From contig JAUSGT010000002.1 of the NCBI GenBank assembly GCA_030648835.1, positions 437,458 to 501,457 of the forward strand: a DNA stretch of 64,000 nucleotides, written 5' to 3'. Origin of the DNA: Candidatus Moraniibacteriota bacterium. Its GTDB lineage: Bacteria > Patescibacteriota > Minisyncoccia > Moranbacterales > UBA1568. Shown in pieces: positions 47,456-56,426 of this stretch. Each line of letters opens with the position of its first letter. Position 1 is the first letter of the stretch. The notes beneath the pieces were generated by a model. That model made no database searches and was not told the origin of the DNA. It saw only the letters and a program-made list of their open reading frames with translations. Position numbers and translations under genes: made by a program.

Positions 47456-48706
47456 ATGAAATACTTACAACCGTTACGTTTTGCCCTAAAAACGATTGTT
47501 ACCCATAAAACAAGGACTGCTTTGGCGCTCTTGGGCGTTGTCATTGGTGTTTTCGCGGTGGTAGTAGTGACGACGCTTGGCGACGGTGTGAAGGGATTTA
47601 TTTTGGGGCAAGTAGAAAGCTTCGGTACGGATTTGATCCAGGTGGAAGTAAAAATTCCCAGTACCGGGACAATGTCAAGCGAAAATGCCACCTCGCGCGC
47701 GCAGGGTACGCAAATTACGACGCTGACGGTCAAAGACGGAGAGGCGATGCGGAAAGTTCCCAATGTCAAAGCCGTTTATGCCGGGAGTATCGGTCAGGAA
47801 CGGGCGACATACGGCTCTGTCGGAAAACGGATTTTCTTACTCGGAGCCGGAGCCAATGCGGCGCTGGTGGATGAGAATATCAAACTGTCGAGCGGACGAT
47901 TCTTCACTCCGGATGAAGATGCCAGTTTGGCGCGAGTGGTCGTTTTGGGGTCGGAAACGAAAACTACTTTTTTTGGCGAGAGTGAAGCAGTGGGGGAATT
48001 CATCACGCTGAAAGGAGAAAAATACCGAGTGATCGGAGTATTGGCGCCACGTGGCACAGTCGGTTTTCTCAATTTTGATACTTTTACGTATGTGCCGATT
48101 CAGACATTGGAAAAGAAGATTCTTGGGGTCGAGTACGTGCAATTTGTTTCCGTCAAGCTGGCCAATTCCGCTTTGGAATCCGAAACCGTAGCCGACCTGG
48201 TGGCGCTTATGCGCAAGCGCCACGATATCGGAAGTCCCGATAAGGATGACTTTTCCGTCACCTCTACCAAAGAAGCCCAGAAGACATTGGCGAGCGTGCT
48301 TGGGTCAATCACTATCCTGCTTTTGGCGCTGACCTCCATTTCACTCGTCGTGGGCGGTGTGGGGATTATGAACGTGATGTACGTTTCGGTATCCGAACGG
48401 ACAAGTGAGATCGGTCTCCGCAAAGCGGTGGGGGCGACAGCCGCCGGCATCCTGCGGCAATTCTTATTTGAGGCGCTCATTATTACGTTTATGGGAGGTT
48501 TGATCGGGATCGGATTGGGGATGTTGCTTTCTTTCGGACTCAGTTTGCTTTTTTCATATCTCGGTTTCAATCTGCCACTGCATTTCTCGTTCTCCTCGTT
48601 TCTCTTGGGAGCGGGGTTCTCTATGGCGGTGGGGCTCATATTTGGTGTGGCTCCGGCTATCAGGGCGTCCAAACTTTCTCCGATGGAAGCCTTGCGGAAA
48701 GAGTAA
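47456..48706 (+). CDS. MacB/FtsX-type ABC permease 2
   Basis: Paralogue of permease 1: SLVVGGVGIMN, EIGLRKAVGA, PMEALRKE. Confidence 0.92.
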   Translation: MKYLQPLRFALKTIVTHKTRTALALLGVVIGVFAVVVVTTLGDGVKGFILGQVESFGTDLIQVEVKIPSTGTMSSENATSRAQGTQITTLTVKDGEAMRKVPNVKAVYAGSIGQERATYGSVGKRIFLLGAGANAALVDENIKLSSGRFFTPDEDASLARVVVLGSETKTTFFGESEAVGEFITLKGEKYRVIGVLAPRGTVGFLNFDTFTYVPIQTLEKKILGVEYVQFVSVKLANSALESETVADLVALMRKRHDIGSPDKDDFSVTSTKEAQKTLASVLGSITILLLALTSISLVVGGVGIMNVMYVSVSERTSEIGLRKAVGATAAGILRQFLFEALIITFMGGLIGIGLGMLLSFGLSLLFSYLGFNLPLHFSFSSFLLGAGFSMAVGLIFGVAPAIRASKLSPMEALRKE

Positions 48707-48768
48707 CGAATTTTGTCGGCGTGGCCCTTTTGATGTATCCTGAAGAAGGATATTTTTTTACACAGTTT

Positions 48769-49281
48769 ATGTCTCTACCAGTTTTCAAACCGTTATACTT
48801 TTTGCTCAAAATTCTCGGTTTTCCCGTCATATGGGAAATTTCCGTCGGGGCGGTGGTGTTCTGCATAGAGGATAACAAGCGTCAGTACCTCTTGCTCCAT
48901 TATCCGAGCGGACATTTTGATTTCGCCAAGGGGCATATCGAAGAGGGAGAAACAGAGACGATGACCCTTACGCGCGAGACAGAGGAAGAAACCGGTATCC
49001 GCGATCTCAAGGTATTTCCGCAGCGCACCAACATCCGTTATTTCTATGTCGCCAAGGGGAATGAGCGTGAGAAGCGTCTGAAAAGCAATCATGGTATATG
49101 GATTTTTAAGCAGGTGCGTTTTTATCCGGCGCAAACGCAGATGCGAGACATCCGCATCTCTCATGAACATATCGGTTCGGTCTGGCTTCCCTATGAGGAA
49201 GCCCTCACCAAAGTGACATTCGGAAACGCCAAGCGCGTTCTCACGGAAGCGGAGATGTATCTCCGTTCGTGTGATTTGTAG
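48769..49281 (+). CDS. NUDIX hydrolase (Ap4A hydrolase-like)
   Basis: KGHIEEGETETMTLTRETEEETG Nudix box, ISHEH; start uncertain (48721-48769). Confidence 0.85.
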   Translation: MSLPVFKPLYFLLKILGFPVIWEISVGAVVFCIEDNKRQYLLLHYPSGHFDFAKGHIEEGETETMTLTRETEEETGIRDLKVFPQRTNIRYFYVAKGNEREKRLKSNHGIWIFKQVRFYPAQTQMRDIRISHEHIGSVWLPYEEALTKVTFGNAKRVLTEAEMYLRSCDL

Positions 49282-49331
49282 CGGTCTTATCCAACAGGCT
49301 AAACAAAAGAATTTTTTCTCAATAAAATACC

Positions 49332-49477
49332 CTCCCTTGCAAGCAACCTCCCCGGGGGCCGTTCGTCCGACCAGCGTCGGACTTCTCTTATGAACTTTTT
49401 TTGATCCGTCTCTGAAGAGACGGCACCATGCTCAAAAAAACTTCAACTCTCCCGGGAAGATTCTTGCGGCGGAAGGT
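49332..49477 (+). repeat. Structured repeat, second full copy
   Basis: GCAAG...CTTGC and TGAACTTTTTTTGA/TCAAAAAAACTTCA stems; hairpins GTCCGAC-CAGC-GTCGGAC and CCGTCTC-TGAA-GAGACGG. Confidence 0.65.
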
Positions 49478-49607
49478 TTTCCTTATACTCTACTCATCCA
49501 AGAATCTTTTTGGAGAGTTTACAAAAGGCAGTTTTTGTTGTATTATTCTTTTTTGTTCTGGAAACTAATAAGCTAGTGAAGCTAAAGAAGCCAAAAGCTA
49601 TTTTCGT

Positions 49608-51308
49608 ATGTTGACCTTGAAGAATGTCAGGAAAACTTTCGGAACGGTGCGTGTCCTGGACAAGGTCTCTTTCTCGGTGGGCGAGGGGCAAAAAATCGCT
49701 CTGGTTGGACAGAACGGCGTGGGAAAGTCGACATTACTCAAAATAATCGCCGGTGAGGAAACTGCCGACAAAGGAGAGGTGATGAAACCCAATCGGATAC
49801 TGATTGGTTATTTGCCCCAGGAAGCTATTGCAGAATCGGATGAGACACTCATTCATTATTTGCGCCGGATGACGGGACTTGCGGATCTTGAAAAGGAAAT
49901 GGCCGGGTTGGAGTCGCGCCTGGATAAGCCGGAAGTTTTACAGCAGTATGAGCTTTTGCGGTCTGATTATGAGCGTTTGGGTGGAGACGATTTTACCCGC
50001 AAGGCCAAAGGTGTTTTGGAAGGGCTGATGCTTTCGAATATCAAAATGGAACGCATTGTCAATGAATTATCTGGGGGAGAGAAACGGAAAGCAGCTCTGG
50101 CGGGAGTGCTCCTCTCTGGTGTTGATGTGCTTTTGCTCGATGAACCGACCAACAATCTCGATCTGCCGGCTCTCTGTTGGCTGGAACGTTATCTCGAACG
50201 TTCTTCCGCCACCTGTATCATCGCTTCTCACGACCGGCGCTTTCTCGATAACATCGTAAAAAAAGTGCTTGAGATCGATTGGTACAAGCGTGATGTCGTG
50301 ATGTACACCGGAGGGTGGAGCGCCTTTGCTGAGATGAAAGCGCACGCGATTCGCAAACACAAAGAGAAATATCGGGCGCAGGAAGAAGAGCGGGAACGTC
50401 TGCTCGTTTCTATCGGAGAAAAAATGGATTGGGTGACGCGGGTGAAGAATCGCAAAGCGCCGGATCATGACAAACTTACTTCCAACTTCAAGAAAGAGCG
50501 CGCCACCAAAAAATTCACCACTTCAGCCAAAGCCATGGAAGAAAGGCAGCGGCGTTTGAACAAGGTGGAGCGGCCGCTCACTCGCGATCCGCTCATCATT
50601 CCGCTCGCGCCGCAGTCGGGTGCTACGAAAAACAGCATCATTCTCAAGAAAGTCTGTTTCGGTTACGAAGGCGGTTTTCAAGGAGGCCCAATTAACCTGA
50701 AGGTGACCTTTGGCAGTCGTCTGGTTATTCTCGGCAACAATGGCGCGGGCAAATCAACTCTTCTCAAAACTATAGCGGGAGAACTCCCGTTGCTTGCGGG
50801 TGTCAGAGTATGTGGAGAAAAATTGGTTTTCGGATATCTGATGCAGGAGCATGAAAATATATCTTTGGCAGTCACTCCCTATGAGCTTTTCAAAAGTCGT
50901 TTGGGTATCTTTGATCGCGATATTATAGCAGCGCATCTTTCTCAGTTTCAATTCGCGCCGGATGTTTTGAATGATAAAATTTCTTGGCTCAGTCCGGGAG
51001 AGCGGGTGCGTCTCGTCTTCGCGCTTCTTTCCGCGCTGGGAGCCAATGTGCTTTTGCTCGATGAACCGACGAATCATTTGGATCTTGAGGCTATTGAAGC
51101 GTTGGAAGAAGCGTTGGATGGATATGGTGGTACGATACTTCTCGTCACTCATGATCGACGTTTTTTGGAGCGGATCCGTCTGACACAGAATTTTATTCTG
51201 GAAAATGGCAAACTGACACCGATTGAGAGCTACGAGGCGTATGCCAAAAAAATGATGCCTCAGATAACACGTATCTTGAAGAGGTTGGAAGAGAAAAAAG
51301 GCTTTTAG
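49608..51308 (+). CDS. ABC-F family ATPase with a long interdomain linker
   Basis: GQNGVGKS, LSGGE, LLDEPTNNLD; GNNGAGKS, LSPGE, LLDEPTNHLD. Confidence 0.92.
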   Translation: MLTLKNVRKTFGTVRVLDKVSFSVGEGQKIALVGQNGVGKSTLLKIIAGEETADKGEVMKPNRILIGYLPQEAIAESDETLIHYLRRMTGLADLEKEMAGLESRLDKPEVLQQYELLRSDYERLGGDDFTRKAKGVLEGLMLSNIKMERIVNELSGGEKRKAALAGVLLSGVDVLLLDEPTNNLDLPALCWLERYLERSSATCIIASHDRRFLDNIVKKVLEIDWYKRDVVMYTGGWSAFAEMKAHAIRKHKEKYRAQEEERERLLVSIGEKMDWVTRVKNRKAPDHDKLTSNFKKERATKKFTTSAKAMEERQRRLNKVERPLTRDPLIIPLAPQSGATKNSIILKKVCFGYEGGFQGGPINLKVTFGSRLVILGNNGAGKSTLLKTIAGELPLLAGVRVCGEKLVFGYLMQEHENISLAVTPYELFKSRLGIFDRDIIAAHLSQFQFAPDVLNDKISWLSPGERVRLVFALLSALGANVLLLDEPTNHLDLEAIEALEEALDGYGGTILLVTHDRRFLERIRLTQNFILENGKLTPIESYEAYAKKMMPQITRILKRLEEKKGF

Positions 51309-51343
51309 TTGCCTTTCTGTACACTTTCCGATATACTTTGAAA

Positions 51344-51469
51344 TAGGACTTTCGCGTTTGGCGAACTTCTTTGTTGCGGAGCCTCTGTTCCGACTCCAGC
51401 GTAGCTAGTAGTACGCTTCCGTCGTCGATTTCTCCGCGCCTCGAATTTCACTCAAACGCGAAAGTCCTA
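51344..51469. mobile_element. MITE-like element with 17-bp perfect terminal inverted repeats
   Basis: TAGGACTTTCGCGTTTG ... CAAACGCGAAAGTCCTA; 126 bp, non-coding. Confidence 0.65.
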
Positions 51470-51477
51470 AGAAAAAT

Positions 51478-53154
51478 ATGAGACAACACATAAAAAAACG
51501 CTTCCATTTTGCGGGAGTACTCTTGCTTGGCTTGATTTGCGCAATCATTGCCTATCCACAAGCGGTCAAATCCATTTCACCGCTTTTTCGTGTTGTGGAA
51601 AAAATGAAAATCAACGAAGGATTGGATTTGCAAGGGGGTATTCACTTGGAATACAAGGCGGATATGTCACAGGTTCCAAGTGAAAAGGTGGACGCCGCTC
51701 TTTCCGCCGCGGAAGCCGTGATCGAACGAAGAGTGAATGCTTTTGGTGTGGGTGAACCACTCGTGCAGCTTTCGCGGTCGGGGACGGAGAGGCGTATCAT
51801 TGTCGAATTGCCGGGTATCAAAGACATCGAACAAGCCAAGAAAATGATCAAAGAAACTCCGTTTCTTGAATTTCGTGAACCGGCCGGTCCGGAAGCGGAA
51901 AAGCAATTTGACGTTTTGAATCAAGAGACCAAAAGAGAGGCAGAAGCTATACTTGAGCTGGCGAAGAAGGGTGAAGATTTTGCCGCTCTGGCCAAAGAAT
52001 GGAGCGAAGATCCGGGATCCAAAGACAGGGGTGGCGATCTGGATTTTGCCAAGAAGGGTACATTCGTGCCTGAGTTTGATACGGTTATTTTCGATCCCAA
52101 TTTCAAATCGGGAGAAGTGAGTCCAAATCTTGTGGAGAGCCAATTCGGCTGGCATATCATCAAAAAAATCGAAGAACGCGGTGAAGGTAACAACAGGGAA
52201 GTCCGCTCCGCCCATATTCTTTTTACGAAACGCACGCTTGATCAGTACCCGGATTTGAAATGGGTGGTGACCGGTTTGACTGGCAAAAATTTGAAGAGCG
52301 CTACCGTTGATTATCAAAGTCAGGGAGTGGGCTCACCACAGGTAGCGCTTCAATTCGACAGTGAGGGGACAAAATTGTTTGCGGAAATTACTAAACGCAA
52401 TCTTGGCAAGCCGGTGGCCATACTTCTCGACAAGGAAATTATCAGCCAGCCAACTGTTCAAAACGAAATCGTGGGAGGCCAGGCAGTCATTACCGGCAAT
52501 TTCACAATGCAACAGGCAAATGATCTCGTGAAACGTCTCAACGAGGGTGCTCTCCCGGTCCCGATCACTTTGGTATCGCAACAGAGTGTGGATGCCAGTC
52601 TTGGCCAGAGTGCGCTCCAAAAGAGCTTGTTCGCGGGTCTCGTCGGTCTTGGGGCAGTGGCTGTATTTATGATTCTCTATTATCGTTTGCTCGGTGTCGT
52701 GGCAGTTGTGGCACTTCTTCTGTATACGGCGATGCTCCTCACTATTTTCAAACTCTCTGTCTTTACTCCCTTCGCGATTACGGTGACTTTACCGGGTATC
52801 GCCGGTTTCATCTTGTCGATCGGTATTGCCGTCGATGCCAACGTGCTTATTTTCGAGCGCACGCGCGAGGAACTTTCATACGGTAAAACTGTTATCAAAT
52901 CTTTGGTGGAAGGGTTTCGCCGGGCTTGGCCCAGTATTCGTGATGGGCATGTTTCGACGCTTATCACAACGGTAATCCTTATGGCTTTTGGTACCGGATT
53001 CGTAAAGGGATTCGCGGTTATTCTGGCCTTAGGTGTGCTCCTCTCGCTTTTCACCGCGGTGGTGTTGGTGCGAGTCTCGGTTATGTTTGTCGCCGGTGAT
53101 TGGATGGAGCGCCATCCGAAACTTTTGGTCTCACCAAAGAAATTGTTAGAATAA
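51478..53154 (+). CDS. secD: Protein translocase subunit SecD with an inserted parvulin PPIase domain
   Basis: GLDLQGG, RRVNAFGVGEP, IIVELPG, GALPVP, TLPGIAG...IGIAVDANVLIFER, GFA. Confidence 0.95.
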   Translation: MRQHIKKRFHFAGVLLLGLICAIIAYPQAVKSISPLFRVVEKMKINEGLDLQGGIHLEYKADMSQVPSEKVDAALSAAEAVIERRVNAFGVGEPLVQLSRSGTERRIIVELPGIKDIEQAKKMIKETPFLEFREPAGPEAEKQFDVLNQETKREAEAILELAKKGEDFAALAKEWSEDPGSKDRGGDLDFAKKGTFVPEFDTVIFDPNFKSGEVSPNLVESQFGWHIIKKIEERGEGNNREVRSAHILFTKRTLDQYPDLKWVVTGLTGKNLKSATVDYQSQGVGSPQVALQFDSEGTKLFAEITKRNLGKPVAILLDKEIISQPTVQNEIVGGQAVITGNFTMQQANDLVKRLNEGALPVPITLVSQQSVDASLGQSALQKSLFAGLVGLGAVAVFMILYYRLLGVVAVVALLLYTAMLLTIFKLSVFTPFAITVTLPGIAGFILSIGIAVDANVLIFERTREELSYGKTVIKSLVEGFRRAWPSIRDGHVSTLITTVILMAFGTGFVKGFAVILALGVLLSLFTAVVLVRVSVMFVAGDWMERHPKLLVSPKKLLE

Positions 53155-53158
53155 AAAT

Positions 53159-53288
53159 ATGCCCGGTAGTAGAACTTTGAAAGTAAGAAAATGAGGTTAT
53201 ACTAAACGGGAGACAGCAGTAGGTGAGAGGAGTTTAGATAAGATGTATAGACGTTATAATAATTATTCAAAGTTTCACTACCGGGTAT
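53159..53288. repeat. Element bounded by an imperfect 23-bp inverted repeat spanning the secD-secF gap
   Basis: ATGCCCGGTAGTAGAACTTTGAA ... TTCAAAGTTTCACTACCGGGTAT. Confidence 0.6.
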
Positions 53289-54183
53289 GTTACAGATTAT
53301 TCAGAAAAGAAAATATGCGTATCTGTTTTCCGGGATACTGACCACGGCGAGTGTGGTTTTGCTTCTGACCTGGGGGCTCAACTTCGGTATCGACTTCAAA
53401 GGAGGGACACTTATGGAAGTGCAATTCTCCCAAAATCCTGTACCGCGAGTGTCCGAAGTGGAAAAGTCTTTTGCGGATCTCTCGCTTCAGAGTCTGACCG
53501 TGCAGGCTACGGACAACCGCGGGATGTTGTTTCGTTATCTCGCGTCCGATGAGAATGCCAATGAACAGGTGCTCCAAAAATTGAAATCCTTTGATCCCAA
53601 TGTCGTGCAGTTGCGCACGGACTTTATCGGTGGCTCGGTCTCCGACCAGATCAAAAGGAATGCGTTGACCGGCATCGTACTTTCCGTGCTTTGCATCGCT
53701 CTCTATATTGCTTGGGCGTTTCGTCGTGTGTCCGGAGCGGTGACGTCATGGGAATACGGACTGGGGGCGGTTATCGCGCTGGCGCATGATATTCTTGTGG
53801 TCATCGGTATCTTTGTGCTTTTGGGAAGGTATTATAATATTGAGGTAGGGGTACCGTTTATCGCCGCGCTTTTGACCATCTTGGGTTACAGTGTGAATGA
53901 CACCATCGTCGTGTATGACCGGGTGCGCGAGAATCTGCTCCGCTCGCAGAGAAAAGAAGATTTTGAAATCACCGTCAATCGTTCGCTCAACGAAACACTC
54001 GGCCGTTCTATCAACACCTCGCTCACGGTTATTATCACTCTCTTCGCCATTACGATTTTCGGGGGAGACAGCATCCGTTACTTTGGTTTGGCGCTTCTCA
54101 TCGGAGTAATCTTTGGAACATACTCATCCATTTATATCGCGTCCGCTTTGCTCGTCACTCGCTATAGGATGAAGACAAAATGA
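53287..54183 (+). CDS. secF: Protein translocase subunit SecF
   Basis: GIDFKGG, ALAHD, LGYSVNDTIVVYDRVRE, RSINTS, GTYSSIYIA. Confidence 0.96.
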   Translation: MLQIIQKRKYAYLFSGILTTASVVLLLTWGLNFGIDFKGGTLMEVQFSQNPVPRVSEVEKSFADLSLQSLTVQATDNRGMLFRYLASDENANEQVLQKLKSFDPNVVQLRTDFIGGSVSDQIKRNALTGIVLSVLCIALYIAWAFRRVSGAVTSWEYGLGAVIALAHDILVVIGIFVLLGRYYNIEVGVPFIAALLTILGYSVNDTIVVYDRVRENLLRSQRKEDFEITVNRSLNETLGRSINTSLTVIITLFAITIFGGDSIRYFGLALLIGVIFGTYSSIYIASALLVTRYRMKTK

Positions 54184-54184
54184 C

Positions 54185-54263
54185 GTATCAGGTATCATGT
54201 ATTGTGTATAAGGCAACTGCATATTAATGAATTGCATGATACATTATACTTAATACACTATAC
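54185..54263. repeat. Inverted pair of degenerate heptamer tandem arrays
   Basis: GTATCAG-GTATCAT-GTATTGT-GTATAAG ... ATGATAC-ATTATAC-TTAATAC-ACTATAC. Confidence 0.65.
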
Positions 54264-54274
54264 CTCTAAAGCTT

Positions 54275-54562
54275 ATGTGGAATCCATTCAACAAAAATAA
54301 GGACGATAAAAAAGAAGAACTGCCGTCCATTCCCGGCATGCCTGATATGAAGGGTATGAATATGTTCCAGCGTTTCGCGATGCGCCGCTTGATGAAAATG
54401 AGTCCGGCTGATCGCGAGAAGGCGATGAAAAAAGCCCTGACTCCCAAGAATATAGAGAAAAACAAGGGTGAAATTCTCTCGTCACTGGAAGCGATGCGTA
54501 AAGCCGGACAGATTTCCGATGACCAATATAGGCTTACCAAAGCCAAATTGGGACTCAAATGA
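54275..54562 (+). CDS. Small basic, Met-rich helical hypothetical protein
   Basis: 95-aa ORF filling the secF-tyrS gap on the operon strand. Confidence 0.65.
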   Translation: MWNPFNKNKDDKKEELPSIPGMPDMKGMNMFQRFAMRRLMKMSPADREKAMKKALTPKNIEKNKGEILSSLEAMRKAGQISDDQYRLTKAKLGLK

Positions 54563-54604
54563 TAGCTGTCGATCGAAGAGGCAAAGGATCTTAAACAAAA
54601 AAAT

Positions 54605-55795
54605 ATGTCATCCAAAGAACAAAAAATTGAGGAGCTCTTGACGCGCGGTGTCGCGGAAGTGATTGACCGGACTCACCTGAAAGAGCGTTTGCTGGAAGGC
54701 ACTTCGCTTCGTATCAAACTTGGCATCGACCCGACCAGCTCGCACATTCATCTCGGTCGGGCGGTGGTGCTACTCAAGTTGCGTGATTTTCAGGAACTTG
54801 GGCATAAAATTGTCCTTATTGTCGGTGATTTTACCGGTGTGATCGGCGATGCTTCCGACAAGGAAAGTGAACGACCGATGCTTTCCACTCGGGAAGTTGA
54901 GAAAAATATGAAGACCTATACCGAACAGATAGGACGTATCATCGATCTTGACAAAGCCGAGGTGCGTTACAACTCTGTCTGGCTCACGGAGCTCGGGTAC
55001 GAAGAAATTGGCATGCAAGCCAACGCGTTTTCGCTGGCCGAATTTATCGGGAGGGAGAATATCAAAAAGCGTCTGGATGAAGGCAAGCGTGTGTCACTGC
55101 GTGAAGTATTGTATCCTTTGATGCAGGGGTATGACAGTATCGCCGTCAATGCCGATGTGGAGTTGGGTGGTACCGACCAACGTTTCAATTTGCTCTCCGG
55201 GCGGCGCCTTCAGGAAGCCCACGGCCAAAAAGCGCAGGATATTCTCATGACGGATCTTATTTTGGGCACGGATGGACGCAAGATGAGTTCGTCCTGGGGG
55301 AATACAATCAATCTCCTCGATACGCCTGATGATATGTTCGGCAAGGTGATGAGCATCCCCGATGAACTGATAGTGAGTTATTTTGTACACTGTACGCGTC
55401 TGGTAATCAGTGAAGTGAAGAAGATGGAAACAGCGCTTGCGGATGGCACCAACCCACGCGATGTCAAAGTGAAATTAGCCAAAGAAATAGTGGCGCTCTA
55501 TCACAGCGCCAAAGAAGCAGCCAAAGCGGAAACGTATTTTGTAGAAACATTTTCCAAGGGATATGTGCCACAGAATGTCCGTGAAGTCAGAACAAAGAAG
55601 GGTGTGAAGCTTGTTGATATGCTGACGGAGACTCATCTGGCAAAGAGTAAGTCGGACGCGCGGCGAAAGATCGAACAAGGCGGAGTGGAAATCGCCGATG
55701 AAAGAATCAGGGATGTGAACGCGAAAATGGAAGAGCGCTTTGATAAACAAGTGATGCGTGTCGGCAAAAAAGACTTCGTGAGAATCGTGTACTGA
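54605..55795 (+). CDS. tyrS: Tyrosine--tRNA ligase
   Basis: GIDPT...HLG, YPLMQGYD, ELGGTDQRFN, KMSSS, S4 domain. Confidence 0.96.
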   Translation: MSSKEQKIEELLTRGVAEVIDRTHLKERLLEGTSLRIKLGIDPTSSHIHLGRAVVLLKLRDFQELGHKIVLIVGDFTGVIGDASDKESERPMLSTREVEKNMKTYTEQIGRIIDLDKAEVRYNSVWLTELGYEEIGMQANAFSLAEFIGRENIKKRLDEGKRVSLREVLYPLMQGYDSIAVNADVELGGTDQRFNLLSGRRLQEAHGQKAQDILMTDLILGTDGRKMSSSWGNTINLLDTPDDMFGKVMSIPDELIVSYFVHCTRLVISEVKKMETALADGTNPRDVKVKLAKEIVALYHSAKEAAKAETYFVETFSKGYVPQNVREVRTKKGVKLVDMLTETHLAKSKSDARRKIEQGGVEIADERIRDVNAKMEERFDKQVMRVGKKDFVRIVY

Positions 55796-55802
55796 CGAAC
55801 GT

Positions 55803-56375
55803 ATGCTCTTTTCCGATGCTACTATCCGGTCTTTGCGTGAAGGGAAGCTAACGGTCATCCCCACGGATACACTGTATGGCATTGTGTGTAGCGCGCGCGA
55901 TAAGGAAGCGGTAGAAAAACTTTACCGTATCCGCGGACGTGATACGACAAAACCGTGCATCATTCTTCTTGCGGATATTTCCGGACTCAGGGAGTTCGGT
56001 ATTGTTTTGAGCAAGACTGATGAAAAAGTTTTGAACGAACACTGGCCGGGGAAGGTCAGTGTTGTTTTTGATTGTGCTTTTGAATATGCCGAAGCATGGG
56101 CGTATTTGCACCGGGGGACCAAGACGCTGGCCTTCCGTGTTCCCGATGATGAAGAGTTACAGAGTCTCCTCCGTAGCATCGGACCGCTTTTGGCTCCCAG
56201 CGCCAATATGGAGGGACAGTCGCCCGCTCATACTGTCGCGGATGCGAAAGCTTTTTTCGGTGATCAAATCACGGTGTATGTGGATGGCGGATACCGTGAC
56301 AGTCTTCCGTCGACCGTGGCGCGTTTGCGAAACGGTGTTTGGGAAGTGTTGCGTGAAGGGGCTACAGAACTTTGA
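55803..56375 (+). CDS. tsaC: L-threonylcarbamoyladenylate synthase
   Basis: PTDTLYGI, RGR..KP, WPG, AFRVP, PSAN, PST. Confidence 0.9.
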   Translation: MLFSDATIRSLREGKLTVIPTDTLYGIVCSARDKEAVEKLYRIRGRDTTKPCIILLADISGLREFGIVLSKTDEKVLNEHWPGKVSVVFDCAFEYAEAWAYLHRGTKTLAFRVPDDEELQSLLRSIGPLLAPSANMEGQSPAHTVADAKAFFGDQITVYVDGGYRDSLPSTVARLRNGVWEVLREGATEL

Positions 56376-56426
56376 CCTTGAAGGCAATTTTCGCTACAAT
56401 GAAGCCATTACTGAAATAATCATCCT

